Positions 8,692 to 16,932 of a stretch of DNA of 24,992 nucleotides are shown here, one piece after another. Position numbers and translations under genes: made by a program. The stretch's first letter is position 1. Each line of letters begins with the position of its first letter. The stretch lies in the NCBI GenBank assembly GCA_030587475.2, contig JAUQYZ020000252.1, forward strand, positions 1 to 24,992, given 5' to 3'. A model generated the notes under the pieces. It had not been told where the DNA came from and did no database searches. It worked only from the letters and a program-made list of their open reading frames with translations. This stretch comes from Candidatus Sigynarchaeum calidifontis. Its GTDB lineage: Archaea; Asgardarchaeota; Lokiarchaeia; Sigyniarchaeales; Sigyniarchaeaceae.

Positions 8692-9393
8692 TTAGAAAAG
8701 GCCGAACAAGTCGACGATGACCCCGGCTATCTCGAGCATCATGACCGCGGTGCAAAATGTGCCGAGGAGCACGAGGCTCGCTTTCACTGGCTTCGTCTGG
8801 GATGCAAATGTCGTGTTAGCGGAACCGCGAAGCCACGACACCGGGTACAGCATGGCAAGCGGGTTTTCCCTGTACTTGATGCCGCGGTACAAGAGAAGCA
8901 CGGCGAGGAACGGCGAGTAGAAAGCCCACTCGACGAGCACCCGTGCCACGTACATTGCCGTCGACGCGCCGAAGATGCAGTCGAGGTGGAACGATTGGCC
9001 CCACAGCGGCCAGAAATAGACGTGGGCGGGTGCTCCGGCGCACGTGCCGCCGTAATAGGTGAAGACATCGAGGAGCATGTGGCTTGACACGCCGGCGATA
9101 GCCAGCACGAGCAACCTTGCGAAAGGCAAACGCATCTCGCGGAGAAACGGGAACCCGATGGCGAATACTATCCCCGTGAACGCCGCGGCCAATGCCAGCG
9201 CTCCGATGATCGTGTGCGTGGCCTGCGCGTGCGGGATGCCGATGCTGCTATCGATGTCGGGGAGAATGGCCGCGATGGCGGTGAACACGGCCGGGAACGA
9301 GTCGTGCATGTACATCTCCTTGCCGGTTCCTCGCCCCATCCGGAACAGCCTTGCGACGAAGTAGCCCGTGATCAAGTGCGTTATGCCGTTCAT
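8692..9393 (-). CDS. Membrane-bound metal-dependent hydrolase (YdjM/YbcI family)
   Basis: N-terminal TH, LPDID, HxxxTHT, SHMLLD and FWP motifs with TM helices. Confidence 0.85.
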   Translation of the reverse strand: MNGITHLITGYFVARLFRMGRGTGKEMYMHDSFPAVFTAIAAILPDIDSSIGIPHAQATHTIIGALALAAAFTGIVFAIGFPFLREMRLPFARLLVLAIAGVSSHMLLDVFTYYGGTCAGAPAHVYFWPLWGQSFHLDCIFGASTAMYVARVLVEWAFYSPFLAVLLLYRGIKYRENPLAMLYPVSWLRGSANTTFASQTKPVKASLVLLGTFCTAVMMLEIAGVIVDLFGLF

Positions 9394-9496
9394 GGTGCTC
9401 TACATCATCATGGTTTGGGGAAATTAAAAGACTTGGACGAAGTCTAGCGGGTGGTATCGTTTTTCGATACCACGTTGATGGGTTCCACTCAAGCAA

Positions 9497-10291
9497 TCAA
9501 TAGCAGTTCCTGTGAAACGCGAGGACGCCATTGTGGTCGTCGCATTGGAACAGCTGGCCGATACCGTCGTCCCCAAACATGTACGGCAGGTTGTTCTCCG
9601 AGGCGATCTGGAACACGAGGTGCATCTCCTTGCCGCAAGTGGTGCACTCTGGGTACACGGGCGACTGGATCCAGAACGGCCACCCGCCGAGCTTGTCGCC
9701 AGGATTTGGCGATGGCCACTTGTTTTCTTGCATTATGGCGAGAATGGTTTTGATGGAATCCCCGTCGAACTCGATCCCGCGTCGCTCGAGGTCCTCTAGC
9801 CCCGGATAATCCGCCACGCGCTCCCAATCGATGATGCGCTTCGCGAGAAAATAGCCATCTAATTCAGGGAGGATCACGCCGTGATCGTGACTGGTCGTGT
9901 TCGGTTGCACGATCCGTGCCATAACGCTCGCGGAAAATGCATCCGCTGCATGGCAGTCCACCTCGCAGAACGGGTCACGGTTCACGCAATAGAACAGTTG
10001 AAGAATTCCGAATCCGGTCGCAGCCTGCATTTCCAGGGGGATGCCGGCCAGGTCGAGCTGTAAGAAGAGCTGCATTGGCCGGCCGCAGTTCGTGCATACC
10101 GGCCACGCCTCCCCCTCTTGTAAAAACGGGATGCCCGAGAATTTCGAGCAAGCAGGCGGGCCATCACCGCTGTAAACGACCGGTACCCATGCAGGGCGTT
10201 GTAGGCCCTCCACCGCGGTTTTCAAGGATTCTATTCTAGCTACTGGTGCACGCGTCGCTTTCACCACGATTTCACAGGTGTCTCCAGGCAT
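9497..10291 (-). CDS. DUF1963 / YwqG-like protein with two CxxC motifs
   Basis: SKFSGIP...WPVCTNCGRPMQLFLQLD, GILQLFYC, DKLGGWPFWIQ...CTTCGKEMHLVFQI and MFGDDG. Confidence 0.85.
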   Translation of the reverse strand: MPGDTCEIVVKATRAPVARIESLKTAVEGLQRPAWVPVVYSGDGPPACSKFSGIPFLQEGEAWPVCTNCGRPMQLFLQLDLAGIPLEMQAATGFGILQLFYCVNRDPFCEVDCHAADAFSASVMARIVQPNTTSHDHGVILPELDGYFLAKRIIDWERVADYPGLEDLERRGIEFDGDSIKTILAIMQENKWPSPNPGDKLGGWPFWIQSPVYPECTTCGKEMHLVFQIASENNLPYMFGDDGIGQLFQCDDHNGVLAFHRNCY

Positions 10292-10414
10292 TTAGCATCT
10301 CGAATTAATAAAGGAACTTTGCCTCGCAACATCAGTTTCCGTGCGTGCATGAGATCTTTCCATCGCGACCTTGATGGCGACGTGTCAGCTTTATAGATTC
10401 TAATCGATTTCAGG

Positions 10415-10429
10415 AGAAAAAAAGGAAAA
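10415..10429 (-). terminator. Pyrimidine/U-rich archaeal terminator candidate after the surface-protein gene
   Basis: Minus strand reads TTTTCCTTTTTTTCT about 50 nt after the stop at 10482. Confidence 0.45.
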
Positions 10430-10481
10430 TATTGAATCACCAGGGTGCCACGTTATACCTGGCACGATTATCGACAATATG

Positions 10482-13400
10482 CTAGATGTTGACCGACCCG
10501 TTGCATCTCGGGCACGTAAGACCCCCGGCCTTATAGCTCGCGTAATTATCCTTGCTCAACGCGATGGCCTCGCCGCATGCAGGGCAGTCCACGACGTGCA
10601 CCAAGAGGCTCGTACACGCAGGGCAGGTGTACCATGTCACGAAATCCGGGGTCGGGATGTTGAAAAACGATTTACACGCCGCGCAATAGAACTTCGCGGT
10701 TTGCGGCGCCGGGGCCGCGATGTCTCCGGGGTGCTGGAGCCCGGCCGATGGAGGCTGCGACGACGGCGCGGAGTATTGGACCGTGGTTGTCTTCGATGCT
10801 AGGGAACTCGCCAGATGGTCGCCAGGTCGCGTGTATTGGGTACCTTTCTTGGGCATCGGGATTTCCCTCTTCCCCGTCTTCTTCGCGCCGGCGACCTTTT
10901 TCTTGCGTCGCGCCCGCGCGCCCATCACGGCGAGCAACGCGATCAATCCCCCGACGGCAGGCACCAAGATGAGCCAGTATGTCCCAAGGAACAAGATGAA
11001 TGGATTCTCCGGGATAATGATGGTCGTCTGTTTTATGGTGATGAACACCGTCGATGCCGGCCCCTCGAAACCGTTCGCGTCGACGAACTTTAGCGTATAA
11101 TTGAACGTTCCCAACCCCCAGTTCGTTTCAACGGAAATGTAGATGGCCGAATTGTTCACCCAAGCGACGTTCGTGTACATCGGGTGTGCCACGCCGTTGA
11201 CGTAGAGCGTGAACGTGCCCGCGCCGATGCGATCGCGGAGAACCCACGTGATAAGCCTCGTGGAGTTCTGATCGACCTCGATGGCCACCGGCTCTTGCAC
11301 GGCAAACGGCAAGTCATCGATGGTCACGATGACCGTGTCCTGGATGCCGGCCTGCCCGGCCGAGTTGTTGAACTGGATCGTGTAGTTCCAGTATCCCCAG
11401 TTCAGGGACGTGGCAACGGGGACGTCGATACCCGACCCGTTCGTCCACGGCGTCCACGGGACCAGGACGATGCCATTCCGCAGCACGCGATACTGGCCGG
11501 CACCGGTCTCGTCGGTGAGGACCCACGTGATCGGCGTGCTCGCCGCGTTCTGCAAGTACACGACATCAACCGGATGGTTCGCGAACGGGAGGTTAGCGAC
11601 CCTCACGAGAACGTGGCTGTCGCTTCCTCGAGCCCCGTGTACATCCGTATAGCAGAAGGTGTAATTAAACCAACCCAAGCCCCGGTTCGTGTCGATCGTA
11701 ACATTAACTCGCGTTCCCGATGCCCACGCCCCCCAAACATATAACGTTCCGTTGATCGACACGTTATAGGTGCCGGTACCACCCACAAGGTCGTTGACGA
11801 CCCAGGGGATATCGTACCCTGTCTGGTTCTTGCTGTAAGTGGTGCCATTGACGGGCACGGCCAACGATGCTGCGGGACGGTCGTTAACCGTTATGATGAC
11901 CGTGTCCGGTATACCGAAATCACCACGTGAGTTGTTGAACTGGATCGTGTAGTTCCAGTCGCCAAGGCCGATATTTGCATTCACGGGGATGTTCAAGGTC
12001 GTGTCATTCGTCCATGTCGTCCAAGCAATTAACGTGGCGCCGTTCCGAAGCACGCGATACATGCCGGATCCGACCCGGTCCCGGAGCAACCAGTCGATGG
12101 TCGCCCCGGTGCTGTTCGCAAGGAGCACCTGGTTTTCCGGGTGATTCGACGTGGGAACTTCATATATCGTGACGTACACGTGGCTTTCATCGCCGTATGC
12201 CCCGGGGGTGTCGCGGTATTGCAGCGTGTAGTTAAACGTGCCGAGTCCCCGGTTCGTGTCGACGGGAACCTGGAACGCGGTGCCCGGGGTCCACGCCGTC
12301 CAGTCAATGTACAACGTCCCGTTGACGAGCACGCGGTAGGTTCCCGAATCGCCGTTCGGGTCGGTGATGACCCAAGTGATGGCGTCGCCCGTTCGGTTCA
12401 TCGGGATCGAGGTGTTGTTGATCGCGCCGCCCATTACCACGGGCTTGTCGTTCGCGAAGATCATGTTCGTGGCAGTGACCGTTTTCGTTTCATAATACCC
12501 CATCCCGATATCGCTATACGAGTACATAAACATGCCCGTTCTCTGCTCGAAGTAGATCCTGTTCCCGCCGGTCTGGAACTTCCAGCAATCGAAGTTGCGG
12601 CTCATGACGCTGATGCTTTCCAAGCCGATGCATGGATAATATCCATACGGGATGTTTTCACTGGCCATGTTGGTGATCGTGCCAACCCGCGTGTTGTTCC
12701 AGATCATGTTGACGGTTTGCCTGCCTACCTCGGAACTCGAGCTCGATGAGAGGATGCGCCTAGAGCGGATGTCGAATATCGACCAGTATCGTGTCGTAAT
12801 GGGGTTTCCATACACGACGACTGTGCGCACTTCGCTGCAATTATACGCCGTCGCATTCACCATCGTGAAGAGCACCGAACCAGAGCCGGAAGCGCCTATA
12901 TTGGTAGAGATCGCATAGTTAAAATAGAGGCCGTCGAAGACGGACATCTTCGCGGGCGTGATGATGAGATCCGTAAAGGTGGTCGTGTTCGTGACGAACT
13001 TGGTGTCGTTCGTCGTGAAATAATAGGTGTAGTTCCCGATACCGAACTGCTGCGACACTGTATAGTTGACCCCGTCCATGTAATTCACGTCCGAGGGCGT
13101 TTCCTTGGTCATCGTGTACGTGCCAAACGGGTTCCCGTCCTTGAATACGACGAGCCTCACGTAATCTGGCGCGATGTTGTCGGGATCAGTGTACGTGACC
13201 CTGAAATAGTAAGTGTCCCATTCCGTGACGTATTTGGGCGCCAAGTATGCGCTCCCCAGCACGGCGGGGTTCAGGTTCGATTTCCAGACCTCCGGGCCGG
13301 CGATCGTGCCCACGGCTGGATCCCTGGCGCTGAAATGTCCGTCGCTCGCGACGAAACGGAAAGAGTATGAGATGTTTTGCAGCGTCGTCACGTACCGGTA

Positions 13401-15338
13401 GACGCAGCCGTCCATGTAATTGTTGTCCCCTGCGTTTTGCTTGGTCATGGAATACGTGACGTTGTTGATTATGACGCGGACGTAGGTAGGGTGATTGTTA
13501 TCGGGATCCGTGTAAGTGACGTTAAAGACGAAAGATGTCGTCATGTCCCCGATCGTAGGAGTAACAGCGCCGCCAGTCAAGGTCGGCGGGGATGCGTCCG
13601 GGATGTTCGTGTCTGTGATGTACATCGTGTAGGGGATCCCGCTGCCGGTGACGAAAGATCCTTCGATGAACAAGCCAACAACCTTGTCGTAATATAGAAT
13701 ACTGCCCATCGTGTCTTGCAAGACCCAGCAATTGAAGGTCTTGCCGAGCCTGTTCCGCGTTGCCTCGCCGGTAACCGTGAAATTACGGTAACTGCTCTGG
13801 TATATGGCAACCGGGATGGTATCGGTCAACGAGACGTTCGTGAAGATCCAAGTCCAGTCATAACCGCTCGTGCCCCAAAAATTGTTGGTGGCAGTGAAGT
13901 ACCGGGTTCGGTTGTCGACGGTTAACGTGGAGCTGCCACGCGTGTTGGAATGGGCGGCTTGGAAAATATTTCCGCCCATATGCGTGTTGTTGACGCGCCC
14001 GTTGAAAGTATAATAGCTATCATAGCTGCCGCTGTAGTTCATATACGCGCCGTTGAAGAGCGGCGATGGCGCTTCATATGGTGCCCAAACGGTCGGTCCG
14101 AGGATCGGGGTCGCGGGGGTACCGACCTGGTTGATTCCGTCGGACGCGTTGAAATGGAAAGAATAATTGCCGGGCAAAGTAAACTTGTGATAGCACTGGT
14201 AGACGACACCATCAATGTAATTGTTATCGCCCGGATCTAGCTTGGTCATGGACACGACCGTGCCGTTTATGGTCACGTTGACCCATGCGGGGACATCATT
14301 ATCTGCATCTGTATAATTCACCCTGAACCGGAAATTGACGTTCAGGTGCCCGATGGTTGGATAGAGGTTCACGAACGCGAGTGTCGGCGGGGTATCGGTG
14401 AGCTTCGAGACGGGGTTCGGCCCATCGAACACGGTCGTGTTGGTGGTGAATCGCCAATCGGAAGCGTTGAAGAAGAACGAGTGCGTGGTGTTGGTGAGGG
14501 GGGTCTGGTAGTAATAGATGGCGCCGTCCGTATAGTTAGTATCGGATGCATTTTCCTTGGCCATCGCGTGTGGGACGCCGTCGATCACCACGTTCACGGC
14601 TTCCGGATCGTGGTTGTCGGGATCCGTGTAGTTGACAGTGTAGCGGAAAACCGTCGTGGTACTTCCAGACGTCGGCACGACCTGGCCAGCGCTCAACGTC
14701 GGGGGGCTAGTATTCGGCGCGTTCGACCGGGACAACTGGTACCGCATGAATTCCGTGTAACCCGATATGCCAAAGCGAAACTCTGCGTAGATCAACAAGC
14801 CCGATGCCTTGTGAAAGTACGCGACCGAACTGGTCGGGCCGGTCAAGTGCCAACACGGATACACGATGCCGGCGGCGGTCTGGTTCGACTCTCCCACGAC
14901 CGTGAAGTTTTGATCTCCGGCAAAGGGGTTCCGGAGGAGTATCGTGGTGTTAATGGTGGCGTTATTGAAGATCCAGAAAATGTCGTGCATGCCGTCATTC
15001 CTAGCCCTGGTAATATTATTCACGGTGTACGGCGCTGCACCCATGAAGGTATCTGAATAGTCTGCAGCGAATAAATTCCCCGATTCGTGAGAATATCGCA
15101 CATAACCGCTCATTCCCATCGTATAGAGGCCGTAAATACCGAACGCGCCAGAAAATTCGTAGAACATCTTGTCGTACAGGATGCTCGTGGCCGGATCGCT
15201 GGCCTCGATTTCACCTGTTCCGGCACCGGGGATCGTGCCGTTCATATGAGGCGCACAAATCACGGCAATTGCCAGTAAAGAAAGGATTAATACACTTGTT
15301 TTCATCAATCCGAGTGTTAATTGCCTCTTCTTTTGCAT
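10482..15338 (-). CDS. Large single-pass cell-surface glycoprotein with repeated beta/Ig-like domains and a cytoplasmic zinc-ribbon tail
   Basis: Signal peptide MQKKRQLTLGL..., three repeat families, many NxT/S sequons, TM WLILVPAVGGLIALLAVMGA, basic stop-transfer RARRKKK and four C-terminal CxxC motifs. GGAGG lies 10 nt upstream of ATG 15338. Confidence 0.88.
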   Translation of the reverse strand: MQKKRQLTLGLMKTSVLILSLLAIAVICAPHMNGTIPGAGTGEIEASDPATSILYDKMFYEFSGAFGIYGLYTMGMSGYVRYSHESGNLFAADYSDTFMGAAPYTVNNITRARNDGMHDIFWIFNNATINTTILLRNPFAGDQNFTVVGESNQTAAGIVYPCWHLTGPTSSVAYFHKASGLLIYAEFRFGISGYTEFMRYQLSRSNAPNTSPPTLSAGQVVPTSGSTTTVFRYTVNYTDPDNHDPEAVNVVIDGVPHAMAKENASDTNYTDGAIYYYQTPLTNTTHSFFFNASDWRFTTNTTVFDGPNPVSKLTDTPPTLAFVNLYPTIGHLNVNFRFRVNYTDADNDVPAWVNVTINGTVVSMTKLDPGDNNYIDGVVYQCYHKFTLPGNYSFHFNASDGINQVGTPATPILGPTVWAPYEAPSPLFNGAYMNYSGSYDSYYTFNGRVNNTHMGGNIFQAAHSNTRGSSTLTVDNRTRYFTATNNFWGTSGYDWTWIFTNVSLTDTIPVAIYQSSYRNFTVTGEATRNRLGKTFNCWVLQDTMGSILYYDKVVGLFIEGSFVTGSGIPYTMYITDTNIPDASPPTLTGGAVTPTIGDMTTSFVFNVTYTDPDNNHPTYVRVIINNVTYSMTKQNAGDNNYMDGCVYRYVTTLQNISYSFRFVASDGHFSARDPAVGTIAGPEVWKSNLNPAVLGSAYLAPKYVTEWDTYYFRVTYTDPDNIAPDYVRLVVFKDGNPFGTYTMTKETPSDVNYMDGVNYTVSQQFGIGNYTYYFTTNDTKFVTNTTTFTDLIITPAKMSVFDGLYFNYAISTNIGASGSGSVLFTMVNATAYNCSEVRTVVVYGNPITTRYWSIFDIRSRRILSSSSSSEVGRQTVNMIWNNTRVGTITNMASENIPYGYYPCIGLESISVMSRNFDCWKFQTGGNRIYFEQRTGMFMYSYSDIGMGYYETKTVTATNMIFANDKPVVMGGAINNTSIPMNRTGDAITWVITDPNGDSGTYRVLVNGTLYIDWTAWTPGTAFQVPVDTNRGLGTFNYTLQYRDTPGAYGDESHVYVTIYEVPTSNHPENQVLLANSTGATIDWLLRDRVGSGMYRVLRNGATLIAWTTWTNDTTLNIPVNANIGLGDWNYTIQFNNSRGDFGIPDTVIITVNDRPAASLAVPVNGTTYSKNQTGYDIPWVVNDLVGGTGTYNVSINGTLYVWGAWASGTRVNVTIDTNRGLGWFNYTFCYTDVHGARGSDSHVLVRVANLPFANHPVDVVYLQNAASTPITWVLTDETGAGQYRVLRNGIVLVPWTPWTNGSGIDVPVATSLNWGYWNYTIQFNNSAGQAGIQDTVIVTIDDLPFAVQEPVAIEVDQNSTRLITWVLRDRIGAGTFTLYVNGVAHPMYTNVAWVNNSAIYISVETNWGLGTFNYTLKFVDANGFEGPASTVFITIKQTTIIIPENPFILFLGTYWLILVPAVGGLIALLAVMGARARRKKKVAGAKKTGKREIPMPKKGTQYTRPGDHLASSLASKTTTVQYSAPSSQPPSAGLQHPGDIAAPAPQTAKFYCAACKSFFNIPTPDFVTWYTCPACTSLLVHVVDCPACGEAIALSKDNYASYKAGGLTCPRCNGSVNI

Positions 15339-15528
15339 GTCATGTATGCCTCCGTACATTTCTTTCAAGATATAGTAAGTCCTCGTTATGTTACAATACG
15401 AAACAATAGTTTTTCAAATTGATATGACTTGATCGGTCGTGATGGTGTTTACCCCGCACGTGGTGTTAGTTCCGCGCGTGACGGCGTTTTATCTCTCATT
15501 CCTATGGGTCACTTATACGTTTTTGATA

Positions 15529-15542
15529 GAAAACCTTATATA
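15529..15542 (+). promoter_or_regulatory. BRE + TATA box for tfb
   Basis: GAAAA-CC-TTATATA about 60 bp upstream of the TFB start. Confidence 0.6.
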
Positions 15543-15600
15543 GCTGAAATTCATCCGATGATTAACGTTTGTTGTAACAAACACGCGGAGAAAAGCACTA

Positions 15601-16536
15601 TTGAACAACAACGGGGAGGCTTCCAGCGAGGAATCTATCAAGTGTCCCGAATGCGGCAGCACCGCGATTCACATGGATCCCTCGCGGGGCGAGCGTATCT
15701 GCCAGGCATGTGGCCTCGTGGTCGAAGAGAAATCGGTCGACTCGGGTCCCGAGTGGCGTGCCTTTAACTCGATCGAGGAGAAGAACCGCTCCCGGACAGG
15801 CAGCCCGTCGACGCTGACGGTTCACGACAAGGGCCTCTCGACCATGATCGACTGGCGGGATCGCGACGCGCACGGGAACAAGCTCGATCCTGCCATGCGT
15901 GCAAAAATCTACCGAATTCGCAAGTGGCAAATCCGCACCCGCGTGCACTCGTCGATCGACCGCAATCTTGCTCATGCCATGAGCGAGCTCGACCGGCTCT
16001 CGTCGCAGCTTGTCATTCCCCGCGGTGTCAAGGAGGCGGCGGCCATGTACTACCGGAAGGCGATCGACAAGAAGCTCATCCGTGGTCGATCGATCGAGGC
16101 AATGGTCGGCGCGTCCATCTACGCCGCGTGCCGCAGCAGGAAGATACCGCGGACGCTCGACGAGATCGCCAAGTATTCCCGGATAACGAAAAAGGAGCTC
16201 GGCCGGTGCTACAGGCTCATCCTCCGCGAGCTCGCCATCAAGATTCCCCTCGCCTCGCCCGTCGATTTCATCACGCGCTTCGGTGCCGAGCTTCACGTTT
16301 CGGGCATCGCCCAGCGTCGCGCCATCAACATCCTCGAAAGCGCCAAGAAAAGCGGCATCACGATCGGCAAGGATCCCACGGGTCTCGCTGCCGCTGCCCT
16401 CTATATCTCCACGCTCAAGGAAGGCGAGCGCCGCACCCAGCGCGAGATCGCCGAGATCGCGCACGTTACCGAGGTCACGGTTCGCAACCGATACAAGGAA
16501 CTCGCCCAATACCTCAACATCAACGTGCCATTGTGA
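15601..16536 (+). CDS. tfb: Transcription initiation factor IIB (TFB), canonical
   Basis: Zn ribbon CPEC...CQAC, B-reader GPEWRAF, HDKGLST, two cyclin repeats (RGRSIEAMVGASIYAACR; GKDPTGLAAAALY) and C-terminal HTH TQREIAEIAHVTEVTVRNRYKEL. Confidence 0.97.
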   Translation: MNNNGEASSEESIKCPECGSTAIHMDPSRGERICQACGLVVEEKSVDSGPEWRAFNSIEEKNRSRTGSPSTLTVHDKGLSTMIDWRDRDAHGNKLDPAMRAKIYRIRKWQIRTRVHSSIDRNLAHAMSELDRLSSQLVIPRGVKEAAAMYYRKAIDKKLIRGRSIEAMVGASIYAACRSRKIPRTLDEIAKYSRITKKELGRCYRLILRELAIKIPLASPVDFITRFGAELHVSGIAQRRAINILESAKKSGITIGKDPTGLAAAALYISTLKEGERRTQREIAEIAHVTEVTVRNRYKELAQYLNINVPL

Positions 16537-16542
16537 TCGCGG

Positions 16543-16893
16543 ATGCGAAATGGCCACTTGCCTCCTGATTCCATTTCCAAATTTACCATCGATGGCTTTT
16601 GCATCAACGACGAGGGGAAAGAGGTGGAAATAAAGTACGCGGATATCGTCCGGGTCACGATCGAGACGACCGACCAGGGCCCGTGGTTCCCGGATTGCTT
16701 CTGGGTCATGAAAAGCGGGTCGGGGCGGGAGGTCATCGTCGAGAACGACGACCCAAAAGCCATGATCCTGCTGGGCGCCATGCAGAAAGCCTTGGCGGGC
16801 TTCGACAACGGCGCGGTCATCAAGGCCATGTCGTCGACGGATAACGCGACATTTCTCGCGTGGGAGAAGGAAAGCGGGAGTCCGGTTGGTTAA
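16543..16893 (+). CDS. Conserved hypothetical protein (possible PH-like fold)
   Basis: Starts 6 bp after the tfb stop. TTDQGPWxxDxFW and GFDNxAVIKAMSSTDNAxFLxW resemble an uncharacterised, mostly bacterial family (recalled). Confidence 0.7.
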   Translation: MRNGHLPPDSISKFTIDGFCINDEGKEVEIKYADIVRVTIETTDQGPWFPDCFWVMKSGSGREVIVENDDPKAMILLGAMQKALAGFDNGAVIKAMSSTDNATFLAWEKESGSPVG

Positions 16894-16932
16894 CGAGAAG
16901 GCGTTGCAGCGGTGCTATCGCTCGCGGCCTGC

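Noticed and set aside
15598-16557. 319-aa minus-strand ORF mirroring tfb (and 24264-24932 mirroring tfb2)
   Set aside because: Antisense shadows of unambiguous genes; their mutual similarity just reflects the paralogy.
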